From positions 22,072,001 to 22,136,000 of the forward strand of contig NC_043012.1 of NCBI RefSeq assembly GCF_006345805.1: 64,000 nucleotides of DNA. The letters run 5' to 3'. A program made the translations under genes and the position numbers. Each line of letters begins with the position of its first letter. Within the stretch, counting starts at the first letter, position 1. This DNA is from Octopus sinensis (lineage: Eukaryota). Below the pieces are notes generated by a model, which did no database searches, had not been told where the DNA came from, and saw nothing but the letters and a program-made list of their open reading frames with translations. Of this stretch, positions 24,841 through 37,334 are shown piece by piece.

Positions 24841-25245
24841 ATGACTTGTTGAGACGAAACATTTTCACCTCGGTGTCGTCATTAAATTTAGGCCATTCGA
24901 TATTCATATTCTCAATTCTTTCTTCGTTCTCAATTTTACCCGACAAGGTGCGTGTTCCTTTGTGGAACATTATGATGGCTCCTTTATTAGCCATTTTAAA
25001 ATAATTACAGAAAATTGCAAAATATTTGTTTTTGCCGAATATTGCAAGATATTTTTTTTGCCGAAAGCAGTCAAAAATTATTGAAGCGCCCCCTCTTTGC
25101 AAAACACAGAAGTAATATTTGCACAGTGCAAACAATTTCAGAAATGTAATGAAAACAATTAAAGGCCCAAAAGATTACAAACACTTTTTAAACTTACGGA
25201 GCACCAAATTTCTATGACTTCACAGTATGGTGGCTAATAATAATA

Positions 25246-25294
<49 letters not shown>

Positions 25295-25372
25295 CAACTA
25301 TATAGTAGGTGCATTATGATATATTCAGAATAATAAACAACAACTACAAAACATATACATACAGAAAATTGC

Positions 25373-25416
<44 letters not shown>

Positions 25417-25419
<3 letters not shown>

Positions 25420-25690
25420 TAGAAACAATTCCTATCATAGTAGGTGCATTAGGCATGATAAAAAAATATTCAGACAAATACATAACAAAAACACCAGGAC
25501 TTACAAACACATATAACATACAGAAAATTGCACTACTAGGCACTGCACACATCCTACGCAGAACACTTTCCATACAATAACCATCAGAGCATCACAACAA
25601 ATCACAGCACATACCCAAGGCACACAGAGCTGTGCTCGGTAGTGAAGTGAAAGCACGCTATAAAAATAAAACTACTGAATAATTAATAAT
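25417..25690 (+). mobile_element. Very short 3' R4/Dong fragment inside a (TAA)n tract
   Basis: Near-identical reverse complement of 22789-23045; preceded by (TAA)n 25372-25416 and followed by TAATAAT. Confidence 0.9.
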
Positions 25691-25901
25691 AATAAATAAC
25701 AATAGCAGCAGCAGCAGCAACAAGAAAACGAACGAAATGAAACATAAAAACGCAAATATCGTCTCTGCGTCTTTTGAGTAAGAGGCGGGAAATATGGAAA
25801 ATTTCCACATAGATGAAGTATTAAAATTGGCAAGAAAAATTGTAAAAAGCTATGAGGGGAAGAGTATTTCTAAACCTCCTCATTTTCTTTCGCCGACTAG
25901 C

Positions 25902-26262
25902 ATGGTTGTGCTGAGAATGGGATGTGTGAATGTGCGCGGCCTGGGATCAGCTTGGAAGCAAGAGGCCACTTGCTCAATAATCTCGGGTCACTTGATCTGG
26001 ATGTAGCTGCCATTAGTGAAACTAGGATCTCCGGAAAACATGCTCTAGCATCCATTCTCGAGAGCTACGAGGTATTCTCGTCTTGTGGTCTATCGGGAGC
26101 GGGCAGCGGTGCAGCAGTGTTACTTCGGAAATCCTTAGATCTCCAAGCACAGGTTATCTTCCTGGACCCGAAAGGTAGGGTGGTGGTCCTGGACGTGAAT
26201 GGCAACGAAGGTGGCGCCTTTAGACTGGTGGCGATTTATGCCTCAACAGGGGCTGGAAGGTC
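25902..26262 (+). pseudogene. L1/Tx1-type LINE ORF2 APE endonuclease N-terminus, frameshifted
   Basis: MVVLRMGCVNVRGL, then +1 frame DVAAISETR..GSGAAVLL..DPKGRVVVLDV..FRLVAIYAS: APE motifs NVxGL, ET, GxGxAxL, GR, YA. Confidence 0.8.
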
Positions 26263-26448
26263 TAGAGGTCCTCTTGTACCAGGAGGCTCCCATCACATTT
26301 TTTTCCTTTTTCCTAATATCATACACTTCTTCTAATGTATACCGTGTCTACCTTTTATTTCATTCCATTATAAGTAAAACCCCACACTGTGTCCGTCTTG
26401 TATTGTCCCTGTTATCCTACACCCTGGGGGCAAATAAAAGAAATCGTT

Positions 26449-26510
26449 ATTATTATCATTATTATCATTATCATTATTATTATTATCATTATTATTATTA
26501 TTATTATTAC

Positions 26511-26554
<44 letters not shown>

Positions 26555-26571
26555 TATTATGATTATGATTA

Positions 26572-26602
<31 letters not shown>

Positions 26603-26626
26603 CATTATTATTATTATTATTATTAA
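26449..26626. repeat. (ATT)n/(ATC) microsatellite
   Basis: Direct reading. Confidence 0.95.
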
Positions 26627-26965
26627 GTGAAGGCGCATGGCTCAGTTTTTTAGAGCGTCGAGCTTACGATCGTGAGGCTGTGAGTTCGATTCCCAGACCG
26701 GGCTGCGTGTTGTGTTCTTGAGCAAGACACTTTATTTCACGTTGCTCAATTTATCTCAGCTATAGAAAATGAGTTGCGAAGTCATAGGTACCAAGCTGTA
26801 TCGGCCTTTGCCTTTCCCTTGGATAACATCGGTGGCATGGAGGGGGAGGCTGGTATGCATGGGTGACTGCTGGCCTTCCTCAAACAATCTTACCCGAACT
26901 TGTGCCTTGGAGGATAACTTTCTAGGTGCAATCCCATGGTCATTCATGACCGAAGGTGGGGTTTC
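26627..26965 (+). mobile_element. tRNA-derived SINE family C
   Basis: GGCTCAG..TTAGAGC, GAGTTCGATTCCC, GTGTTCTTGAGCAAGACACTTTATTTCACGTTGCTC; collinear with 47233-47576. Confidence 0.85.
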
Positions 26966-27039
26966 CTCATTATTATTATTTTTATTATTGTTGATGTTAT
27001 TATTATTATTATTATGATTATTATTCCTGTTTGATTTCA

Positions 27040-27392
27040 GGATCAAAAAGAAAGAGGACGGAAAACAAAGAAAAATGCAATCCCTTAAAATTTGAAATTG
27101 GAATAATTTGGAGAATGAGAACTGTATAAGGTCGTGCCTTTAATAATTGGGGCGTTGGGAACAGTAAGCAAAGATATAGACAAATGGCTGAAGGAAATTG
27201 GAATAGGGTGCCTGGTAGAGTTCCTACGGAAAGTTTGTCTCTTAGGGGGAGCAAGGATTAACAGGAGGGGGACTAAGCACTTGAAAGACTACTGAAAATT
27301 TGTGGATACCTAAGGTTACAGGTGGTGACCCGCTATACATATAAATCCTACCAGGAATAAGACCAAATCAGGACCAAAGTAAAAATAATAAT
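27040..27392 (+). mobile_element. 3' fragment of a third R4/Dong subfamily
   Basis: Reads VVPLIIGALGTVSKDIDKWLKEIGIGCLVEFLRKVCLLGGARI, matching the C-terminus at 18773-18964; ends AATAATAATAAC. Confidence 0.7.
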
Positions 27393-27763
27393 AACAAGAG
27401 CACTCAGAGAGTGCAAATCTCCGCTAATGGCAACATCAACGCCCTCTCAACGATTATCCAGAGATAGTTTTTAAAATGAGAATGTCAGAAATAAACTCGA
27501 CTGCTCTCATAAACGAGAATACTAAAAATGAACCCGACCGCTCTCAAAAATTAAGTAAAAAAAAAAAACGGAAAAATAATCCAGAATCCTTGTCCGGTAC
27601 GGGATCAATCCCAAAATCTAATTAGTTCGTGCCAATCACGAAGCCAAACATCACTGAAAGTTTCATCCAAATCCATCCAGCAGTTCTTGAGATATCTTGT
27701 CCACGAACAAGCAAATAAACAAACAAATACGACTGAAAACAATACCTCCGCATTCGCTTAGGC
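27393..27763 (+). mobile_element. Probable non-autonomous Helentron/HINE (DINE-1-like) element
   Basis: Starts AACAAGAGCACTCAGAGAG..CTCCGC; has TTTCATCCAAATCCATCC and ends GAAAACAATACCTCCGC, a subterminal repeat layout recalled for HINEs; 3' end cut by a SINE. Confidence 0.45.
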
Positions 27764-27854
27764 ACTAGGCCTGAAATTTTGGGGGAGGAGTACGTCGATC
27801 ATATCGACCCCAGTGTTCCTCTGGTACTTAATTTATAGACCTGCGACGTGTGTT

Positions 27855-28230
27855 GCTCTTACATGCGTATATATGTCTAAAGGAAAATCATTCGATGGAT
27901 TTTCCTGAGCCCGCATATTACCGCAGTCCAACGGTTGACCCACAGACATGTTTTATCCTCTCCCTGTTTGTTTTCCTCTTTTCTGTCACTACTAAAGTGA
28001 CATCTGCTCATCAGAGTCGACTTGGTATCTTGAAAACCTTTGGAATTCCTCACGTTTTTCTTGCAGCCTTAACGGTTCAAGAAGAACCGTTATCCTGATT
28101 GATTTCATCGGCCGTGAAGGGTTTGGGAAGGCTATGGGTACACTACAGACGCTTCCAAACTTTAGACGAATAAAATTAACAAAATACCATGTACAGAACA
28201 TACATGCAGAATCGGACGCAGACGCGGATA
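27855..28230 (-). mobile_element. Possible Penelope-like 3' remnant
   Basis: Minus frame ..ITVLLEPLRLQEKREEFQRF.. ending at CTGATGAG, then hairpin TGTCACT/AGTGACA and GAAA; no NUH triplet. Weak. Confidence 0.25.
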
Positions 28231-28708
28231 CAGACACGCTTGCGCACGTATATACACACACACAGGTATGCTACGCAAAAACAAATACCAGTTGACGTGT
28301 AACACATTAGAAGTTCTAAAAGTATATATATGTGGTGGGATGTATGTTATGTGCGTGTGTATTTGTGCAGGTGTACTTTTTGTGTGTGTGTGTGTGTATG
28401 TGTGTTTGTGTGTGTGCGTGGTGTGTGTGGTGTGTGTGTGTGTGTGGTGTGTGTGTGGTTTGTATTTGAGTTCTTTGCTCTAGGCGATCAGACAGCTTCT
28501 TTGAACTTGTCGCTTCCTGGAATGTTCATACATGCATACATGTATGGCGGGGGGGTATAATGTATGCGTGTATGTAATGTATGTACGTGTGTGTGTGTGT
28601 ATGTCATGTGTGTGAGTGTGTCTGTGGTGTATGTCATGATCTTGAACGTGTGTGTGGTGTGTGTTTTGTGATGTCTGTAGTGAGTATGTGATGCATGTCA
28701 CACGTGTG

Positions 28709-28741
<33 letters not shown>

Positions 28742-28746
<5 letters not shown>

Positions 28747-28961
28747 GGAGTAAACACATAAATGTGAAACAAGGTGGAAAAAAGAGTACTCAAATACCAG
28801 TGGTAGAGTAATATGCTTTATTTTAAGCAGCAGAAAATTCAACAAAATCTGTTACTCTGAGTTTCTCGTTGCCGTTCTAGCAAAAACTGTCTGATGAACG
28901 GCAACGGGAACTCAGAGTAACAGATTTTGTTGAATTTTCTGCTGCTTAAAATAAAGTATAT
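28742..28961 (+). mobile_element. Fold-back Penelope-like element (arms 28811-28877 and 28896-28961) with hammerhead-like motif
   Basis: 67/66-nt near-perfect arms, 18-nt loop; between (TA)n tracts; motif 28882-28928 AAAAACTGT-CTGATGA-ACG-GCAA-CGG-GAA-CTCAGAG-TA-ACAGATTTT. Confidence 0.7.
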
Positions 28962-29659
28962 ATATATATATACATACGTTTGTGCATGTGTGTGTGCGAG
29001 TGTATGATGTATGTCATATCTAACTGAAGAATTGACAAGTTTGCTCAAGTTTCAAATGTAAAAATACTGTTGTTTTTTTTTAATAACAAAAGAAGCACCT
29101 ACATACGAAATCAAACTGGAATCTATCACACAAAACAGATCCATATGTCGAGCTCAATGTGACGTCTGTTGTAGCTTTAAAAAACTCACCACTTCTCTTC
29201 ATTTCTAACGCTATTGATTTTAGCTCAATGCACGCTTACAGATACTCGATGGATTAACTTAGTGAAAACCACACGAAGATCAGATTTAAATTTTCTGCCA
29301 ACTTAATCTTCATCTTCTCTTTATCTCTAATTTATTTTCTTTTTTGTTCTTTGCTTAAAGCTTTGTTTTTTTCTTGTGCTCATGTTACTCGTTTGTTTGC
29401 ATGTCAATTGTTCGGAATTATTATTGTTTTTGCTTTTTCTTGTTTTCTTGTAACCACTGTGATATCTTTCTGTAGTTGTTCTGTCGATGTTTAATAAGTA
29501 TTAGTAAACGCTGTTATTGTTGTTGTTGTTGTTCTTCTTCTTCTTTATGATGTTTTCGCTGTTGTTATTGCTTTGACCCAATTATCACTGATTGATTGAA
29601 TTTATGGCACATAGATCCTCAACTAAGCCGCCAGGTGAGACCTGCATATTCGTTATTCC

Positions 29660-29698
<39 letters not shown>

Positions 29699-29814
29699 CA
29701 AAATGGGACAAGAACGCAAAACACTCAAATAGACGACACAAAAAACGGACGGGTCATTCGAAGCTTCTAATCTTCAGTCAAGAACCGGATCATCCTCGCA
29801 ATTTCGGCTGATAA

Positions 29815-29901
<87 letters not shown>

Positions 29902-29945
29902 TATACATATATATACATTATATTATATATATATATATATAAAAT

Positions 29946-29990
<45 letters not shown>

Positions 29991-30102
29991 CATTATATAC
30001 ATTATATATATATAATGTATATATATATATCCATATATTACATTATATATACATTATAATATATTTATATATATATATATACTATATATATATATATATA
30101 TC

Positions 30103-30134
<32 letters not shown>

Positions 30135-30136
<2 letters not shown>

Positions 30137-31136
30137 CACAATCAAGGAACGGCCATAATAGGCCATTCACCACTAGAAAAAAACAGCCAAAAGCTTCAAC
30201 CGCAAAATAACATCAATTCCGTAAACCAGGAGAAAATTAAAAAACATTTACCCTGTAATTTCTTATACGATGCACCGTTTCATCTACTGTTTAATGGTAA
30301 ACTAACCTGATTAAATTAAATCAAGCCAATCTACCATAGGCCCTTAGAATCATCAGTAAGAAATAGCCAAGTCGGAACAGATATTTTTTCACGAGGCATT
30401 TCCGTCCCTGCCTCGGCAATATCTGACCTAAAATTTTCAAATCATCGCACTCGCGCCAAATTTATCGGCAGCAAATAAATATAAGCCGCCGATTCCATTA
30501 CGGAACTAACCAGAAAATTCATAATTAATCAATATAGGGGGCAAAAAATTTTGTAGAATTTTTTGCCACCAGCGGCCTAGTTATTTTTCCCACTAGGCCG
30601 CTGGTGGCAAAAAATTCTACAAAATTTTTGCCACCCTATATTGATTAATTATGAATTTTCTGGTTAGTTCCGTAATGGAATCGGCGGCTTATATTTATTT
30701 GCTGCCGATAAATTTGGCGCGAGTGCGATGATTTGAAAATTTTAGGTCAGATATTGCCGAGGCAGGGACGGAATGCCTCGTGAAAAATCTGTTCCGACTT
30801 GGCTATTTCTTACTGATGATTCTAAGGGCCTATGGTAGATTGGCTTGATTTAATTTAATCAGGTTAGTTTACCATTAAACAGTAGATGAAACGGTGCATC
30901 GTATAAGAAATTACAGGGTAAATGTTTTTTAATTTTCTCCTGGTTTACGGAATTGATGTTATTTTGCGGTTGAAGCTTTGGCTGTTATTTCTAGTGGGTG
31001 AATGGCCTATTATGGCCGTTCCTTGATTGTGATGTTGAACTTAAAAATGGTCTATGACTATTTAATTTTTTCCCACTAGGCCGCTGGTGGCAAAAAATTT
31101 TTTTTTTTCTACAAAATTTTTGCCACCCTATATTGA

Positions 31137-31140
<4 letters not shown>
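30135..31140. repeat. ~445-bp-arm near-perfect palindrome (30135-30580 / 30593-31033) plus partial direct repeat
   Basis: 12-nt spacer TTATTTTTCCCA; 31065-31140 repeats the start of the right arm; (TA)n on both sides. Confidence 0.92.
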
Positions 31141-31182
<42 letters not shown>

Positions 31183-31524
31183 CATTACTCTTCCACTCCC
31201 TGAGGTAACACACGCGGTGTGTGACATCGTGAACATGTATCCTCTCCGCTCTATATATCTACTTCTTTCCACCGGTAAACACAGCACTCTCCTACATGCA
31301 GTGAGGAATTGCATGCGAAGCAGCGTGACAGTGCGGACGTATAACACCCCACTATACCCTCCAATATATTTCTCTATTCCTGTGGACGCTGCGTTCTCCC
31401 ACGTGCTGCGATGTATTATATGGCGACCAGTGCGATATCGTACACATGTCTTTTCTTCTAGGCTGCCTTGTCTTTTTTCAGTATGCCTATCAGATGTCGT
31501 TTGTTATTGTTTAGTCCAATGATG

Positions 31525-31745
31525 CGGCGAGCTGGCAGAATGTTTTGCATGTCATACAAATTGCTTTGCAGAATTTCTTCCGGCTCGTTAAGTATTTGCC
31601 GCATGGAAATTCCACCGAGTTCAATTTTGCATTCAATCCTTTCGGGGGGGGGGGTGTCGATAAGGGTTAGGGTTATACTGAGGATGATCCAAACGAATTA
31701 CCCCCTCCCCACACAACTTTGCTGACCTTGTGCCAAAATTACAAA
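31525..31745 (+). mobile_element. Degenerate SINE family A
   Basis: GGCGAGCTGGCAGAATG head; GACCTTGTGCCAAAATT tail. Confidence 0.65.
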
Positions 31746-31944
31746 GAATTGATATTCAATCCAACTTCAGACCTGATTAAGCGGAAGTGGTGACATACCA
31801 GACCTGGCAGCCCCATTTTTAGGGATATATAGAACTGCGTTATCTAATATGTCTTTTCCTCATTTAAAAGAATAGAGTTTGGTTTGTGGGAGATTTGGTT
31901 GTTGTTTCTAACAGGTCGATCGACCACATAAACGATCCATATTT

Positions 31945-32534
31945 CCTTATTTTTTTACTGCCTACAAGGGGTTAAACACAGAGGGGAAAAACAAGAAAAG
32001 ACAGAGGGATTAAGTCGATTACATCGACCCCATTACGCAACTGGTACTTAATTTATCGACCCCGAAAGGATGAAAGGCAAAGTCGACCTCGGCGGAATTT
32101 GAACTCAGAACGTAGCGGCAGACGAAATACCTTATTTCTTTACTGCCTACAAGGGGCTAAACACAGAGAGGACAGACAAAAGGATTAAGTCGACTATATC
32201 GACCCCAGTGCGTAACTGGTACTTATTTATCGACCCCGAAAGATGAAAGGCAAAGTCGACCACGGCGGAATTTGAACTCGAACTTAACGGCAGACGAAAT
32301 ACCTATTTCTTTACTACCCACAAGGGGCTAAACACAGAAGGGACAAACAAGGACAGACAAACGGATTAAGTCGATGATATCGACCCCAGTGCGTAACTGG
32401 TACTTAATTTATCGACCCCGAAAGGATGAAAGGCAAAGTCGACCTCGGCGGAATTTGAACTCAGAACGTAACGGCAGACGAAATACGGCTACGCATTTCG
32501 CCCGGTGTGCTAACGCTTCTGCCAGCTCGCCGCC
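31945..32534 (-). mobile_element. SINE family A, head plus three tandem bodies
   Basis: Junction (+ strand) GACGAAATACCT(T)ATTTCTTTACT near 32125-32140 and 32300-32315. Confidence 0.9.
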
Positions 32535-32654
32535 TTTCCATATTTCCATATTTCCATAAAAATGAAACCAGAGATAGACCAGGTAAACTTGGTCAGGGTT
32601 TCACGGCTGCTATTTCTATATAGCTACACTGTTGATGTTTAACTACTGGCACTC

Positions 32655-32962
32655 TATCGATTACGACGACGAGGGTTCGAGTAGATCCGATTTATGGAAC
32701 ACCCTGCACGTGAAATTAACGTGCATGTGGCTGAGTACTCCGCAGACACGTACGAGCACTCTGAATGTAATTCTCAGAGAGATTCAGCATAACACAGAAT
32801 GTTACAAGGATGGCTCTTTTGAATAACAGGTACAACTCATTTTTGCCAGCTGAGTGGAGTAGACTGGAGCAACGTGAAATAAAGTGGCTTGCGTTGCTGG
32901 GAATTGAACTCACGACCTTGCGATCGTGAGCCGGATACCCTAACCACTAAGCCACACGCCTT
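32655..32962 (-). mobile_element. SINE family C variant (same tail as 43301-43625)
   Basis: rc AAGGCGTGTGGCTTAGTGGTTAGGG..GAGTTCAATTCCC..TTTATTTCACGTTGCTCCAG..CAGCTGGCAAAAATGAGTTGTACCTG. Confidence 0.8.
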
Positions 32963-33488
32963 CCCTATTGATGCTTTTCGCAATTAAAAATCGAACCCCT
33001 GTTCTTCCTGTTTTCCGTTTTCTTGTCTGTCTTCGATTTCAATGCAACAATCAATCAATATTCCCAGATTATTTCATCACCCTTCCAATATCTTGCGCGT
33101 TCGATCCCTTTCTTTTCATCTTCTTACCGTTCTTTTTCCTCGGTTATCTAATTCATTTCCTTCGTTTTCATTTTCTTCTTTCTGCCTTTTCTTTTCCTTT
33201 TTCCCTTTTCTTCTTCTCTCTTTCCTTCTCCTTCTCCTTAATCCTTTTCTTCTTTTCTTTCTTTCTCATTCTTTTCACTTTCTTTTCTGTTCCTTCAAAT
33301 GAAACTTTTCAACTTCTTTAATAAATACATTTATCAGGATATCGCCAAATCTGTGTGTGTATGTGTGTGTGTGTGTGTATGTATATGCGTGCGTATGTAC
33401 ATGTGCTTGTGTATATGCGCGCGTGTATGTACGCAAGTTTGTGAGTATCCGAGCCTACGTACATGTACATAAAATGTATACATATACT

Positions 33489-33553
<65 letters not shown>

Positions 33554-33643
33554 CATATTTATATGTATGTATGTTATATATATATATATATATACATGCA
33601 TATTTATATGTATATGTATGTATTATATATATATATATATGTA

Positions 33644-33680
<37 letters not shown>

Positions 33681-33722
33681 CTAATATATATAAGTAATAT
33701 GTATATATATATATGTATATAT

Positions 33723-33772
<50 letters not shown>

Positions 33773-34274
33773 TATAATATCTATTATATACATATATTAT
33801 GTGTGTGTGTGTGTACCTAACTGTGTATGCGTATATGTATATATCTTGTGTGTGCGTGTGTTCATGAAAGTTTGTGTTTGTGTGCATGTGTGTGTGCATG
33901 CACGCGCGTGCGTACGTGCGTGCGTGCGTACGTGCGTGTGTCTGTGTCTGTGTATGTGTACTTTTGCGTTTTATTTCTGTATTTCTATACGAAGACTGCT
34001 GCTGCTGCTGCTGCTGGTTGTGATGATTACAGATTACCGCCTTTTGTGTGAAAGTTGTCAATGGCTGCCATTCCTGTCAACATTTCTCTCCAATATTACT
34101 TTGTCACCTCCCACACACCGACATCCCACGACTATTTTACATATTACTAACGTCACTCTTTCTCTCTTTTTCTTCTTTTCATTTCTTTACAATTTTTTTT
34201 TATTTCGTTTTATCTTCTCTTCTTCGTTTGATTTCATTACTTACCTAAATACTTACATATTAGCGAAGTCGAAT

Positions 34275-34347
<73 letters not shown>

Positions 34348-34589
34348 CAGATAGAATGTATATATCATATCATGTATTATAATGTAACAACGTAATGTAA
34401 TGTAATATGCAAATGCATATATACCTATGTGTATGTATATAGATATGTGTGTGTACGCATGTGTCTGTGTGTGTGTGTGAATATATTATATACATACCTA
34501 TATATACATAGAGGTATGTGTATTTATGCACATGTACATATGCATAAATCTCTCTATGTATTATGTCTTTAATTACATATATATATGTA

Positions 34590-34649
34590 CACACACCAGC
34601 ATCGGTTGTCAAGCGATGTTAGGAGACAAGCGCAGACACACAAACATAT

Positions 34650-34680
<31 letters not shown>

Positions 34681-34895
34681 GATATATATATACATACATA
34701 CATACATACATACATACATACATACATACATACGACGGGCTTCTTTCAGTTTCCGTCTACCAAATCCACTCACAAGGCTTTGGTCGGCCCGAGACTATAG
34801 TAGAATGCACTTGCCCAAGGTACCACGCAATGGGACTGAACCCGGAACCATGTGGTTGGTAAGCAAGCTACTTACCACACAGCCACTCCTACGCC
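34590..34895 (-). mobile_element. SINE family B, 3'-truncated
   Basis: Head at 34895, internal (TA)/(TACA) tract, collinear with 6958-7389. Confidence 0.88.
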
Positions 34896-35312
34896 TATAT
34901 ATATATGATGTGTAATGTATAAATTTGCACATGGGCGTAGCCCTATAGTTAAGTTCTTTTTACAATCACTGCTACGTTACGAGTTCGATCCCACCTAATG
35001 GCATCATGTCAAAGCGTCTTTCAGTTTACTCTCGGCCTCATCTAAATCTTCTGAATGAAATTCTCTTGGACGAAAGTTCTGAGGAATTTCATTGTGTCAC
35101 TTATTCTGTGGAATCTCATGAACCACTTATTGATAAACAGTGTCGGACTCATTAAACCACTTAATTATGTTAAGAGTAAAAGAGTCTGAGGTACACTTAG
35201 CCATTTGTACTTTAAAGAGTACGTAGTTCAGTTGATCGGACAAATTGAGTACGCATCGTCGAAAGCAATGGGGCTTCGTTTCCTTATAAAGTGTGTATTT
35301 GTTCATTATTAA

Positions 35313-35349
<37 letters not shown>

Positions 35350-35357
35350 AGATAAAT

Positions 35358-35409
<52 letters not shown>

Positions 35410-35469
35410 GCTTGTACATTCTCAAATATATACATGTTATACGATTATGCTTCTATGTACATACATATT

Positions 35470-35864
35470 CTTTTCTACTCCATGCACAAGGCCTGAAATT
35501 TTGGAGGAGGGGTCAATCGATTAGATCGACCCCAGTACGCAACTGTTACTAAATTTATTGACTCCGAAAAGATGAAAGGCAAAGTTGACTTCGGAGGAAT
35601 TTGAACTCAGAACGTTAAGACAGACGAAATACCCTATTCCTTTACTACCCACAAGGGACTAAACACAGAGAGAACAAACAAGAACAGACAAACGGATTAA
35701 GTCGATTACATCGACCCCAGTGCGTAACTGGTACTCATTTAATCGACCCCCAAAGGATGAATGGCAAAGTCGGCCTCGGCGGAATTTGAACTCAGAATTA
35801 ACGGCAGACGAAATACCGCTAAGCATTTCACCCGGCGTGCTAACGTTTCTGCCAGCTCGCCGCC
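35470..35864 (-). mobile_element. SINE family A heterodimer (head, body with AAAGGAATAG tail, body with CCCC..GGCCTTGTGC tail)
   Basis: Junction GACGAAATACCCTATTCCTTTACT at ~35622-35646. Confidence 0.85.
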
Positions 35865-35950
35865 TTATGTACATAGATATTAATATGTGCGCGTATCCGT
35901 TTATCATAATTACCTGTAACGTATGCTTATACTTTATATATGTGTGCGGA

Positions 35951-35985
<35 letters not shown>

Positions 35986-36138
35986 ATACGTATAGATTGT
36001 TTGGTAGGTATGTGCAGGTATGTATGTGTATCACTATAGCTCAATGATGTGAATTCATAGAGACGTAATTATGTAAAGATTAAATGAACTTCTTATGCTC
36101 TCCAACGCTTGCCGAAAATTCCCTACAATTTTTTAGAT

Positions 36139-36245
<107 letters not shown>

Positions 36246-36469
36246 CAGAAAAGGCAAAGAACAGAAAGTGGTATGAGAAAGGAGGAGAGATAAAAGAGCG
36301 TGAGTGAAAGAGAAAGAGAGAGAGAGATTGAACGCAAGGTTGTAAAAGAATCTAAGGTCAGATGTTCTATCCATTCTTATTTTAATATCAAATCACTAAT
36401 ACATTCATGCATATATGTGTGTGTGTGTGTGTATGTGTGTGTGTATGTATATATGTATATATGTATATG

Positions 36470-36503
<34 letters not shown>

Positions 36504-36553
36504 TGCATGTATGTATACATATATATATGTACATATATATATATATATATGTA

Positions 36554-36594
<41 letters not shown>

Positions 36595-36790
36595 TATATA
36601 TGTATGTATCTATATATATATATTATATATGTATATATATATACATGTATATATATATATATATACATGTGCATATATAGATATAGATATATATATACAT
36701 ACATATGCATATCTATATACGTGTACATACATATGCATATATATATACATATATATATACATATATATATATATACCTACATATATATAC

Positions 36791-36821
<31 letters not shown>

Positions 36822-37198
36822 GATTAAGTGTTAATATATATACATGTGCATGCACACATATATACTTGCGTGTGACTGTAACTGTATATATGAACACATG
36901 CGAATATGTACGAATGTATGCACATAAAGTTCTTTAAATGAAATACCTAACAGGACCTTCAAGGAACACAAGTAAAAAAAAAAAGAAAAAGACAATGCAA
37001 AGTAGAGTGACCTGGAAGTGAACTACGTCAATTAGGAGAGGGAGTAATTTTCTTACCCTCTCCACCATGAACCTCTCCTTTCTCCTCGTGACCTTCATTT
37101 TCAATATTTCCACCTTAATTTCTCATTCTTTCTCATTTCCTTATGTTTTTAATATATTTCTCTGCAATAACTCTCGTGATATTGTCGTTATTGTGGTT

Positions 37199-37334
<136 letters not shown>

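Noticed and set aside
24840-25225. Possible 5' end of a Tc1-like element (MANKGAIIMFHKG..)
   Set aside because: No partner TIR and no catalytic motif.
26627-26700. tRNA gene-like sequences at SINE heads (also 43301, 47233, 52430, 22684)
   Set aside because: A and B boxes present but no full cloverleaf, and they run into SINE bodies; not called as tRNA genes.
31170-31510. Minus-frame CFACNSSLHVGECC resembling a zinc knuckle
   Set aside because: Single weak motif, short frame, no other LINE ORF1 support.
31945-32534. CRISPR-like repeat-spacer appearance of tandem SINE units
   Set aside because: Eukaryotic context, ~180-nt units, no unique spacers, no cas genes.
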